Shown one piece after another: positions 26,740-35,579 of a stretch of DNA of 64,000 nucleotides. Position 1 is the stretch's first letter, and each line of letters begins with the position of its first letter. A model generated the notes under the pieces. The model worked only from the letters and a program-made list of their open reading frames with translations. It did no database searches and was not told where the DNA came from. Both the position numbers and the translations under genes were made by a program. Origin of the DNA: an uncultured Acidobacteriota bacterium (lineage in GTDB: Bacteria; Acidobacteriota; Thermoanaerobaculia; Gp7-AA8); contig CAVUKB010000005.1 in assembly GCA_963741955.1 (NCBI GenBank), forward strand, positions 992,001 through 1,056,000, in the 5' to 3' direction.

Positions 26740-28908
26740 TTACTCGATCGCTTTTCCGTCCAGCCGATATGGAGCCTTGACCCCCAGGAGGTCGAGAATG
26801 GTGGGATAGACGTCGGCGATGTAGAGCGAACGGTCGGTCTTCACCTTCCGGTTGTAGAAGAAGATCCCCTTCACCAGCTCGGGGTCGAGCGAGCAGTGGT
26901 CGCCGCTCCACACCTGCTTGTTGTCTTCGAAGACGTTCTTCTGGATCCCGCCGAGGGAAGTCTGCCACGAGACGCGGTATCCCTTCGAGTTGGCGATGAA
27001 CATGTCCGGAATCAGATTCGGATCGTACGCGCTGTACGCTTCTTCGCGGGGAATCACCCGTGAGACCGGATGCTGCCCGGTGGCCGGGTCGACCATCCCC
27101 TCCAGCCTCTCCTTCAGTTCCTTCCGAAGCTGTTCGTACTCCGCACCCGGTTTCACGATCCCGTGTGCCTCGCGTCCCTCGAGATTGATGTACAGGTCGC
27201 CGAGTCCCATCGAATACGCGCGGGTCTTCGACCAGTCGACGTTCTCCCAGAACTCTCCCTGGTCGAACAGGAGCTCGAGATTCCGCTCCTTCACCTGGAC
27301 GCCGCTCTTGACCGCGAGGTAGCCGTTCTGCACGAGCCAGGTGTTGTAGTTCACGGACCTGCGCCAGCTCGAGAATCCGTGATCCGACAGAACGATCAGT
27401 GCCGCGTGCTCCTGATCGGCGACCTTCATCGCATCCCCGACGATCGAATCCATCAGCTGGTAGGAGCGGAGAAGGGCATCCCCCCATTTCGCCGCGAGCT
27501 TCGGGTCGTAGTCCGGATGGGTGGTGTCCATCAGGCGCCAGAAGACGTGGCCGACCCGGTCCGGAAACTCGAAATACTGGATGTTCAGATCATTCTCGGA
27601 GTGGAGCGACCCTTCGTACATTTTCCGGAACTTCGCGACCGTCCAGGTCATGTCGTCCCAGAACATCTGTTCGTTCGCGTACCCCTCGGAGATCGCCCAC
27701 GTGTCGATCGCCCACCCCATCGTCTTGTACGGACCGTTCTTCTCCGCCAGCTGCTTCGCCCACTCTCCGGGTGAGGAGATCTTGAATCCCGGCGGAAGCT
27801 CCCGCGGATCGAAGTTGATCGGCGACAGATAGAGCCGGACCTCCGGCTTCACCGAGAGAAGATAGAACCGACTGATGCCATGGACGGAGATCACCGAGTT
27901 GAACGGGAAGACGAGCTCCACCCAGTCGCTCCATTCACCCGGACGCATGGTGAAGTGCTGATCGCCCAGATCGACCTTCAGCGATTTCCGGTCCTCGGCG
28001 ACGGTGAGGGTCATCGGCTCCTTGATGTACGGCGGATCCTTGAACAGCTTGTTCGGCGGACCGACGATCTCGGTCGGAATCACGCCCCGGTTGTCGACCA
28101 GCTGCACGACCTCGATGGAGAACTCGTTCGACGTCTCGTGGTGGAGGTTGAGCTCCGAGGTGAAATAGAACGGCTTGCCGATCCGGCCCGACATGTCGGG
28201 GACGCCGAGACCGGAGAGAAGATGCCCGTTCGGGAAGTCTTTAGCCGGGAAAGTCACCGGAATCCGGACCACCTGCGCCTTCAGCCCCGCCTTCCCGACC
28301 ACGTCCCAGACCGGAATCCCCTGGCGGCGGTTCACGACACCTGGACGGGTGTTCGGAATGTTCTTGCCGACCCAGGAGTACGCGAAGTAGGCGGTGACCG
28401 CGGCGATCGGGATCGCGATGAGAAACACCAGCGCCCACTTGCGGCGGATCATCCAGACGATCAGACCGACGATGAGAAAGAACAGGAGCCCCACCACGAC
28501 CGCGGAAACCGGAGCGTTCCGCCCTCCGAGGAGGAACGGCTCGGTGGTCTCGTCGAACGCGGCGAATACCGGGAGGTAGGTCTTCGGATCGCGGCGGAGA
28601 AAATCGAAGATTCCGGTGCGTCCGGGATCGATTCCGGTGGAAAACGTCGACCAGGAGACGGGAGTCTGCGCAGGTGTGGTCGGGCGGAGAGGACGGAACG
28701 TTCCCTCCGCACGAAGCGCAGCGAGATTCGGCAGCTTCCCCTCATCCATCCACTTCTGGGTGTATCCGGCGTCGACCCCGTCGAAGCCGAGCACGATGAC
28801 CTTCTGTTTTTCCCTTGCGGCGGCACTCGTCGGCGGAGCGAACGACGAGCTGAGGAGAAGGAGCAGAGGAAGAATGAGGGCGGTCTTCACCAGTCTGGAT
28901 CGAAACAT
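26740..28908 (-). CDS. Alkaline-phosphatase-superfamily phosphodiesterase/nucleotide pyrophosphatase with internal 2-TM insertion
   Basis: VIVLGFDG, AQTPVSWSTFSTG, PDRVGH, VLSDHGF, WSGDH. Confidence 0.88.
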   Translation of the reverse strand: MFRSRLVKTALILPLLLLLSSSFAPPTSAAAREKQKVIVLGFDGVDAGYTQKWMDEGKLPNLAALRAEGTFRPLRPTTPAQTPVSWSTFSTGIDPGRTGIFDFLRRDPKTYLPVFAAFDETTEPFLLGGRNAPVSAVVVGLLFFLIVGLIVWMIRRKWALVFLIAIPIAAVTAYFAYSWVGKNIPNTRPGVVNRRQGIPVWDVVGKAGLKAQVVRIPVTFPAKDFPNGHLLSGLGVPDMSGRIGKPFYFTSELNLHHETSNEFSIEVVQLVDNRGVIPTEIVGPPNKLFKDPPYIKEPMTLTVAEDRKSLKVDLGDQHFTMRPGEWSDWVELVFPFNSVISVHGISRFYLLSVKPEVRLYLSPINFDPRELPPGFKISSPGEWAKQLAEKNGPYKTMGWAIDTWAISEGYANEQMFWDDMTWTVAKFRKMYEGSLHSENDLNIQYFEFPDRVGHVFWRLMDTTHPDYDPKLAAKWGDALLRSYQLMDSIVGDAMKVADQEHAALIVLSDHGFSSWRRSVNYNTWLVQNGYLAVKSGVQVKERNLELLFDQGEFWENVDWSKTRAYSMGLGDLYINLEGREAHGIVKPGAEYEQLRKELKERLEGMVDPATGQHPVSRVIPREEAYSAYDPNLIPDMFIANSKGYRVSWQTSLGGIQKNVFEDNKQVWSGDHCSLDPELVKGIFFYNRKVKTDRSLYIADVYPTILDLLGVKAPYRLDGKAIE

Positions 28909-29084
28909 CCGTACGAACGATCTCCGCTATTCTGAAAAATTCGGCCGCGGTGATCATACACGGGCTCGGCCGATCGGAAAAATGAGAGAATCGCGGCGAG
29001 TCGGCATTCCTCTTGTAGGCACAGATTCGGACGAGCCCGCGGAAGCGGCCGTGAAGGCTCACTGTCAGCGTTCAAGGAGAAGAC

Positions 29085-30647
29085 ATGAAGCGGTACCCCA
29101 CATTCTCCCTCGTCGGATTCACTCTCGCTCTGGCTCTTCCGTTCTTCCTCTTCGCCTGTGGCGGAGGGGGAGGGGGAGAGAATCCGACCGGAGCGGGAGG
29201 CGGAAAAGAGCTGGTGATCGCGTTCGAGACCAGCCCGACCAATCTCGATTCACGGGTCGGAAACGACCAGGCTTCGGGAAGGGTCTTCGACCTCATCTAC
29301 AGCGGTCTGATCAAGGTCACTCCCGACAGCAACTACGCTCCCGATCTCGCCGAGAGCTGGGAAACGCCCGACAACAAGACCATCGTTTTCCACCTCCGGC
29401 CGAATCTCAAATTTCAGAACGGGCAGCCTCTCACCGCGAAAGACGTCAAATGGACGTACGACTCTCTGATGGCCGAGAACTTCGTCACCTCGAAGAAGTC
29501 GGGGTACGCGACGGTCGATCACATCGAGGCGCCGGACGCCCGGACGGTCATCTTCAAGCTGAAGGAGCCGAACGGCGGAATCTTCGACAATCTGACCCTC
29601 GGGGTTCTACCTATCGGCGCCGATACGAATGTCTACAAAACGCACCCCATCGGTGCCGGTCCGTACCAGGTGGTCGACTTCCGTCCTGACGACCGGGTGG
29701 TGCTGAAGGCGTGGGACCAGTGGCACGGCGGAGCGCCGAAGATCAAGAACGTGGTGATCCGGATCATCCCGGATGCGACCACCCGCATTCTCGAGCTCCG
29801 GAAGGGAACGGTGAACTTCGCACTCAATTCCGTTCCCTACGACGCCGTCGCCCGCTTCCAGAACGACAAGGACTTCACGGTGGTCAAGGAGCCGGGCGCG
29901 GTCTATCAGTACCTCGCATTCAACCTGCGTGATCCGATTCTGAAGCACGTGGAAGTCCGCCGAGCGATCGCACACGCGGTCAATCGCGAACAGATCGTGC
30001 GCGATCTCCTGCTGGGATTCGGCACGGTCACCGATTCGATCTTCCCTAAGGGACACTGGGCGCGCGCCGAGAATCTGAAGACGTACCCGTACGACCAGGC
30101 GAAGGCCAAGCAGCTGCTCGATCAGGCCGGGTACCGGGATCCCGACGGCGACGGACCGCAGACGCGATTCAAGCTGGTGTACAAGACCTCGACCGATGCC
30201 GAGGCCAATCAGCAGGCGCAGATGATTCAGCAGATGCTCAAGCAGGTCGGCATCGACGTGGAGATTCAGTCGAATGAGTTCGGCGTCTTCTACGAGGACA
30301 TCCAGAAGGGGAACTTCCAGATGTACTCATTGCGCCGGGCAGGGGTGAGCGATCCGGATTTCCTGTACGTGATCTTCCACTCCTCCAACCTTCCTCCGGA
30401 GGGACAGAACCGCGGCTACTACGTCAACAAGGAAGTCGACCGGCTGATCGAAGAGGGTCGCTCGACGTTCGACCGCTCGCAACGGAAAGTGGCGTACGTG
30501 AAGGTGCAGCAGATTCTCCAGGAAGATCTCCCTTATCTCTCGCTCTACCATCGGTACAACGTCGCGATCATGCGAAGCGACATCCACGGGTACGTCATGT
30601 ACCCTTCGGGATTCCTCCTTTCCGTCCCGTACATGAGCATCGACTGA
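29085..30647 (+). CDS. Family 5 ABC peptide/nickel substrate-binding lipoprotein (orphan)
   Basis: Lipobox LFAC; PDLAESWE, LRPNLKFQNGQPLTAKDV, PIGAGPY, VRRAIAHAVNR. Confidence 0.92.
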   Translation: MKRYPTFSLVGFTLALALPFFLFACGGGGGGENPTGAGGGKELVIAFETSPTNLDSRVGNDQASGRVFDLIYSGLIKVTPDSNYAPDLAESWETPDNKTIVFHLRPNLKFQNGQPLTAKDVKWTYDSLMAENFVTSKKSGYATVDHIEAPDARTVIFKLKEPNGGIFDNLTLGVLPIGADTNVYKTHPIGAGPYQVVDFRPDDRVVLKAWDQWHGGAPKIKNVVIRIIPDATTRILELRKGTVNFALNSVPYDAVARFQNDKDFTVVKEPGAVYQYLAFNLRDPILKHVEVRRAIAHAVNREQIVRDLLLGFGTVTDSIFPKGHWARAENLKTYPYDQAKAKQLLDQAGYRDPDGDGPQTRFKLVYKTSTDAEANQQAQMIQQMLKQVGIDVEIQSNEFGVFYEDIQKGNFQMYSLRRAGVSDPDFLYVIFHSSNLPPEGQNRGYYVNKEVDRLIEEGRSTFDRSQRKVAYVKVQQILQEDLPYLSLYHRYNVAIMRSDIHGYVMYPSGFLLSVPYMSID

Positions 30648-30811
30648 AGGAGCGAAGTGAAGCCTTGACCCCTCGGGAGCGTGCACGGCTGACATGTCGC
30701 GCACGCTCCTGGTTCCTGACCTCTACCTCGGTTGTGGTATCCGTCGCACCGGGGCGGCGTCGCGAAGAACAGCGCCAGCAATTCCACCTGCGCCCCGGGG
30801 CCGGCAAGGCT

Positions 30812-31237
30812 TCAGTCGTCGTCGACCAGATGGAGGTATGCACCCGTTTCCTGCCGTTCTCCAAACAACCAGTCCGCCCAGTCGGTGCGGTTCCCCGGCA
30901 TGTTCCGGTTTGCGATGGTCCTGAAGCGTTGCCGGCATTCGCGCGGACTGAGTCCGAACCAATCCCTGAACGCGTGAGTGAAATTCGATGCATCGGTGAA
31001 CCCGACGGCATAGAAGATCTCGGAGATCCGGAGATTCGTACTGACCAGAAGGTGTGTCGCCTTGATCAGTCTCCGGATCCGCACATACTGCCGAATCGAG
31101 ACCGACACCTCGTCCTTGAAGAGATGCTCGAGTCGTGACGTCCCGAGGTTGACCCGTGCTGCCAGTTCCCCGATCGGCAGCGAGGGCAACTGCTCTCGCT
31201 CGAGAATCTCGATCGTTCTCAGTATGCGGTGGTCCAT
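30812..31237 (-). CDS. Single-domain AraC-family regulator
   Basis: ELAARVNLG.SRLEHLFK, ISEI...VGF.DASNFTHAFR..FGLSP. Confidence 0.82.
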   Translation of the reverse strand: MDHRILRTIEILEREQLPSLPIGELAARVNLGTSRLEHLFKDEVSVSIRQYVRIRRLIKATHLLVSTNLRISEIFYAVGFTDASNFTHAFRDWFGLSPRECRQRFRTIANRNMPGNRTDWADWLFGERQETGAYLHLVDDD

Positions 31238-31542
31238 GCCACGCTCCTGCAGGAGTCGGGTACCGTGTTCTCAGCCGATACTCCTTCATACGTCCCGACT
31301 TTCCGGAAAGCAACCATTTACCTTTCCGAGACGATGTGTAGTTTCACGGGAAGACGGCATCTGTTGCGGCAGCTCCGGGAGCCGCGATCGGGGAGGCGGG
31401 CTGTTCATTCTGCGCCCTCTGGCTCGAGCTGGTCGGGACGGAGAGCGGATGCCGACAGCCAGCGCACTCCGGCGGAGCCGCAACGGCTCGCTCGGCAACC
31501 CGAGCGAGCCCGAGAGTCACGGCGAAGGCCAGGCCGCAGCGG

Positions 31543-32553
31543 TTATCCGCAGACCGTCTCGATGAGAATGGCGCAGACCTCGTACGGATCCATGTTCGCC
31601 GCGGGACGGCGGTCCTCGAAGTAGCCGTATCCCTGGTTCGCGGTGGCCATCGGGATGCGGACCGACGCACCGCGATCGCTCACGCCCCATCGAAACTCGT
31701 GGATCGGCGCCGTCTCGTGCAGTCCGGTCAGGCGCTCCTCGTTGTGCGCTCCGTACAGCTTCATGTGCTCATCGTGGCGCTTGCCGAGCTTCTCCATCGC
31801 CGCTTCGATCACTTTCATTCCGCCCGGCTGACGCATCTCTTTGGTGCTGAAGTTGGTATGCGCGCCGGCGCCGTTCCAGTCTCCCTTGACCGGCTTGGGG
31901 TAAAGCGTCGCGCTCACCCCGAAGTCCTCACCGATCCGGTAGAGGAGCCAGCGTGCGAGCCAGATTTCGTCGCCGATCTCGAGCGGCGGCAGCGCTCCGA
32001 TCTGGAACTCCCACTGCGCGGGCATCACCTCGGCGTTCGTCCCTTCGATCCGGATGCCGGCGCGGATGCAGGCGTCGCGGTGCGCTTCGACGATCGGCCG
32101 GCCGTAAACCTCGTCCACGCCGACCCCGCAGTAGTAGCCGCCCTGAGGCGCGGGGAAGCCTCTCTCCGGCCAGTTCAGCGGATTGTTGCCTTCGAAGAGG
32201 GTGTACTCCTGTTCGATTCCGAACAGCGGCTCGTGCGATCCGTGTTTCTCCGAGACTGCCCGCAGATGCGCGCGCGTGTTGCTCCAATGGACCGACCCAT
32301 CCGGGTTGAGGACTTCGCAAAGCACCAGAACGTCGTCTTCCCCGTGCAGCGGATCCTTGATGAAGCGGACCGGTCGAAGAAGGAGATCGCTGAAGTGCCC
32401 TTCCGCCTGATAGGTGCTCGAACCGTCGAATCCCCAGTCCGGAATCTGTTCCAGCCTGGTGATCGGACCGTCGAGGAACTTCGTCTTCGACCTCAGTTTC
32501 GCGGTTGGTTTCTGCCCGTCGATCCAGATGTATTCTGCCGTGATCATCGCCAC
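31543..32553 (-). CDS. glnII: Glutamine synthetase type II
   Basis: AEYIWIDG, WGFDGSST, GIEQEYT, YYCGVG, NAEVMPAQWEFQIG, GDWNGAGAHTNFST, RLTGLHET, EDRRPAANMDPY; 336 aa. Confidence 0.93.
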   Translation of the reverse strand: MAMITAEYIWIDGQKPTAKLRSKTKFLDGPITRLEQIPDWGFDGSSTYQAEGHFSDLLLRPVRFIKDPLHGEDDVLVLCEVLNPDGSVHWSNTRAHLRAVSEKHGSHEPLFGIEQEYTLFEGNNPLNWPERGFPAPQGGYYCGVGVDEVYGRPIVEAHRDACIRAGIRIEGTNAEVMPAQWEFQIGALPPLEIGDEIWLARWLLYRIGEDFGVSATLYPKPVKGDWNGAGAHTNFSTKEMRQPGGMKVIEAAMEKLGKRHDEHMKLYGAHNEERLTGLHETAPIHEFRWGVSDRGASVRIPMATANQGYGYFEDRRPAANMDPYEVCAILIETVCG

Positions 32554-32697
32554 TGGAGCCTCCTCGCTGCGCCTTCGTCTCGACTTTGAACGGATAAGAT
32601 AGTCAAGCCTCGCCGCCGGGACAACCTTTCTTTTCGTTCATCACCCGGACGGTCCGGCCCGACGACAAAATCACACCTGACTCCGCGTACCGCCGCC

Positions 32698-33843
32698 TCA
32701 CCTGCGAGACGACCCGGCCTTCGGCGCGGGAAACGGCATCCTGGCGTCCGCGACGTAGACCTGGTTCCTGCCATCGTTCTTGGCCTGGTACATCGCCGTA
32801 TCGGCGAGCCTGAGAAGGTCGTTCTTCTTCTGCTCACTCGATCCCGAGTCCTTCCCCGGATCGTAGAAGGCGACGCCGATGGATGCGGAGACGACCCCGC
32901 GAAGGAAGAGTGGCGGGAGTCCGAAGCCGTATTCCGTGGAGAGAAACGTGTTGCCTGCGATGCTCTCCCGGATCCGCTCCGCGGCGACGAGGCCGGCCTC
33001 GAGCCCGTCATGAAGGATCATCACGAACTCGTCGCCGCCATACCGCGAGATGATCGCATCGGCGTCTACGAACTCCCGTTTGAGGAGAAGTCCGGTTTCC
33101 CGCAGCACCTGGCTTCCGGCCAGATGACCGTGGTGGTCGTTGACGTCCTTGAAGTGGTCGAGGTCCATGAACATCAGCACGAAGCCGTTCCCGCTGCGGT
33201 CGGCGTCGCAGACCGACTGGTCGAGACAGACGTGGAACCATCGATCGTTGTAAAGGCCGGTCAGATCGTCGCGGCGTGCGAGCTCCTGCGCCCGTCGCGC
33301 ATCGAGCGCGTTCTGAAGCATGAACGACGTGTAGCCCGCGAAGATCTCGAGGAGAGTCATGTCCCGCTCGGTGAACACCCGCCCGTCGCTCCGGTTGATC
33401 AGCTCCAGCACTCCGCAGACGTGCTTTCCGATGTACACCGGAACGCAGACGATCGAATGCGTCTGGTACCCGATCTGTTCGTCGATGTCGGGATAGAAGT
33501 GCCGATCCCTTCTCACATCGGGAGAGAGATACGGCGTCCCCGATTCGTAGACTTTCCCCGCAATCCCTTCGTTTCCGGAGAGCCGCTGCCCGATCAGGTT
33601 CCCGCTTCCCTCGCCGAACGTGGCGACGAAAACGAGCTCGTTCTGCTCCCTTCGCGCCGTCTTGTTCACCGGATCATCGAGAAGGATCGAGCCGGACTCG
33701 GATGGGACGAACTCCCACGCCCGCTGGAGGACCTGGCGGAGGACGATGTCGAGATCGATCTCGTTCGTCAGTGCCACGGAAGCCTTCTGCCGCTCCAGGA
33801 AGCGCAGCAGGTCCGGAGGCGCAAGCGAGTGAGTATTGATCAT
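32698..33843 (-). CDS. GAF-GGDEF diguanylate cyclase
   Basis: GAF (SIVCVPV..GVLELIN); DDLTGLYN, DLDHFKDVND, RYGGDEF, ADTAMYQAK. Confidence 0.92.
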   Translation of the reverse strand: MINTHSLAPPDLLRFLERQKASVALTNEIDLDIVLRQVLQRAWEFVPSESGSILLDDPVNKTARREQNELVFVATFGEGSGNLIGQRLSGNEGIAGKVYESGTPYLSPDVRRDRHFYPDIDEQIGYQTHSIVCVPVYIGKHVCGVLELINRSDGRVFTERDMTLLEIFAGYTSFMLQNALDARRAQELARRDDLTGLYNDRWFHVCLDQSVCDADRSGNGFVLMFMDLDHFKDVNDHHGHLAGSQVLRETGLLLKREFVDADAIISRYGGDEFVMILHDGLEAGLVAAERIRESIAGNTFLSTEYGFGLPPLFLRGVVSASIGVAFYDPGKDSGSSEQKKNDLLRLADTAMYQAKNDGRNQVYVADARMPFPAPKAGSSRR

Positions 33844-33876
33844 CCGGGGCGATCCCAACTGTCGAGGATGCCGGAA

Positions 33877-34287
33877 TTATAAGGTCTTTTCTTTTCCAGC
33901 GGCACGTCGCTCCGCCATGGCGGCCTCGACCTCGAAGCTGATCGCCGCGTACGCAGCCGCGGGAGGGAGTCTCCGCAGGCGGTTGCGGACGTATTCGAAC
34001 AGGTAGCGCACGAGAAAACGGATCAGGCCCAGCCGCCGCGCCTGCTCCACGTGCACGAGCTCGTGCCGGAGGATCTCCGTCGATCCCGCCCGGAGAAGCG
34101 AGACCGCCTCGCCTGACAGATAGATCCGCCTTCCGAGCGTGATGGCGAGGACGCCGCGACGGAGAAGAGGAGAAAGCCACCAGGGATACCCGGGATGAAC
34201 GATCGCGCCGAGATCGCGGATCGACCGTAGCAGCACCTCGGGAAAATCGAGAGCGAATCTGCCTGTCGAGATCTCCATCACCGCCAA
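33877..34287 (-). CDS. DUF4157-like HExxH protein
   Basis: AITLGRRIY, LRHELVHVEQ, ISFEVEA; start uncertain. Confidence 0.7.
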   Translation of the reverse strand: MAVMEISTGRFALDFPEVLLRSIRDLGAIVHPGYPWWLSPLLRRGVLAITLGRRIYLSGEAVSLLRAGSTEILRHELVHVEQARRLGLIRFLVRYLFEYVRNRLRRLPPAAAYAAISFEVEAAMAERRAAGKEKTL

Positions 34288-34463
34288 TCCACGTCACCGT
34301 GCATCATACGGGGATCGGAGCTCGTGCACGAGCTCCGGCGCCTCCGGCGCGGAGTATCGGCATCGAGATCCCGGCCCGATCAGGGCCCCGAAAAATGGCG
34401 AAGCCGGTGCCGGGACCGGGAACCCCGATCAGTCGCGTGCGCGAAGCTGCGATCCCGCGCGGA

Positions 34464-34904
34464 TCAGTACCTCACGCCGACGCCGATCACGAAGCGGTTC
34501 TCGTTCGCGAAGACGCCCTTGGCCTGCACGTACGGGACGAACGCGCCGGCTCTGATACCGGCACCCGCGAGGACGTTGGCCACCAGGTCCGTGCCGTCGC
34601 CTACCAGCGCGCCGATTCCCCCGCCGCCCCAGAAGAACGTGTTCGAGCGGGTGGGAAAGTCGTAGTGAAGATCCGCGTTGATGGTCAGGTAGTCGTTGTT
34701 CGCGGCGACGTATTCGACGTTCGGGTTGAAGAAGATGTTGCGTGCGACCGGAGTGATCGCCTCGACTCCGACGAACGTGTCGGTCCCGCCGTCCATGTAC
34801 GCGCCGACTCGGGCGCCCCAGTGAACCTGTGCCTGCGCGGTCGCGGTACCGAAAACGAGGACCGCAGCAACGGCCATGAGGGTAAGGGATAACGATTTAC
34901 GCAT
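34464..34904 (-). CDS. Small outer-membrane beta-barrel protein
   Basis: Signal peptide, alternating strands, C-terminal GVGVRY; GGAGG RBS. Confidence 0.8.
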   Translation of the reverse strand: MRKSLSLTLMAVAAVLVFGTATAQAQVHWGARVGAYMDGGTDTFVGVEAITPVARNIFFNPNVEYVAANNDYLTINADLHYDFPTRSNTFFWGGGGIGALVGDGTDLVANVLAGAGIRAGAFVPYVQAKGVFANENRFVIGVGVRY

Positions 34905-34931
34905 ATACTTCGTACCTCCGCCTTTGCATCG

Positions 34932-34947
34932 AGCAAGAGACACGCCA
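34932..34947 (-). promoter_or_regulatory. Putative sigma54 promoter
   Basis: Minus strand TGGCGTG-TCTC-TTGCT (GG-N10-GC) just upstream of the OMP gene. Confidence 0.55.
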
Positions 34948-34990
34948 GTCGGCGAAAATAACTTCCAGGCCGTCAGGAAAAGATCCGCAC

Positions 34991-35020
34991 AAAAAAAGAG
35001 CGAGCCGCGCGGCTCGCTCT
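34991..35020 (-). terminator. Rho-independent terminator
   Basis: Minus strand AGAGCGAGCC-GCGC-GGCTCGCTCT followed by a T-tract. Confidence 0.85.
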
Positions 35021-35024
35021 CTCG

Positions 35025-35252
35025 TCAGGAACAGCCCCGGCCCCCGGAGCTGCCCACGCCTCAGCCACCGCTGAATCGCGGCGCCGGAGCACGTTTCGAA
35101 CCGCTCCCACCTCCGTGGCCGACCGCGAAGGTCGACATCAGCCGGCGGAGATCTCGGCTCTCACAACGGGGACAGGCCGCCTTGGCGTCACCCATGACGA
35201 CGGCCTCGAAGGCCTCCCCGCAATCGCTGCAGACGTATTCGAAAAGCGGCAT
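35025..35252 (-). CDS. FmdB-family zinc-ribbon protein, probably with in-frame UGA (Sec) at 35061-35063
   Basis: MPLFEYVCSDCG..CPRCES; reading through UGA adds GVGSSGGRGCS before a second TGA; a hairpin follows the UGA. The family call is confident, the Sec call less so. Confidence 0.75.
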
Positions 35253-35360
35253 ATCACTCCTCACTCATGCAGTTGACCATGATAATCTCGATTCGCCCCG
35301 ATCTCTTCCCGATTCGCGACGAAGTCGCCTTTCGCAATTCTGCATTCGTTTCGTCACCTG

Positions 35361-35482
35361 AACCCGCATTTCTCACACCATCTCTGCTGCGGAGCCGGAG
35401 AGCGGCCTGTCTGCTGCGTTGAGCCCCTCTTCCAGGCCACTCTCCGCCTCCTCGCGACGAGATGCTGTGAGAAATGCGGGTT
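35361..35482. mobile_element. MITE-like element, short copy
   Basis: 24-bp terminal IR with 1 mismatch AACCCGCATTTCTCACACCATCTC; related copy at 55755-55933. Confidence 0.75.
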
Positions 35483-35579
35483 AATCGCTCCCGCACGTGA
35501 TAGCTTTTCCTTTTGGAAAGGCCGGGGTCGCCTCCGGCGGAGTCCAGCACCTCACCAAATCGTCCTTCAGGAGAGATCC

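Noticed and set aside
31543-32553. Eukaryote-like glutamine synthetase as a novelty
   Set aside because: GSII is already known from several bacterial groups
32554-32697. Glutamine riboswitch upstream of glnII
   Set aside because: Only a short CGTTCA match; the other conserved elements are absent and the leader after the likely promoter is short
33877-34287. Contractile injection system inferred from the DUF4157-like gene
   Set aside because: No sheath, tube or baseplate genes in the window
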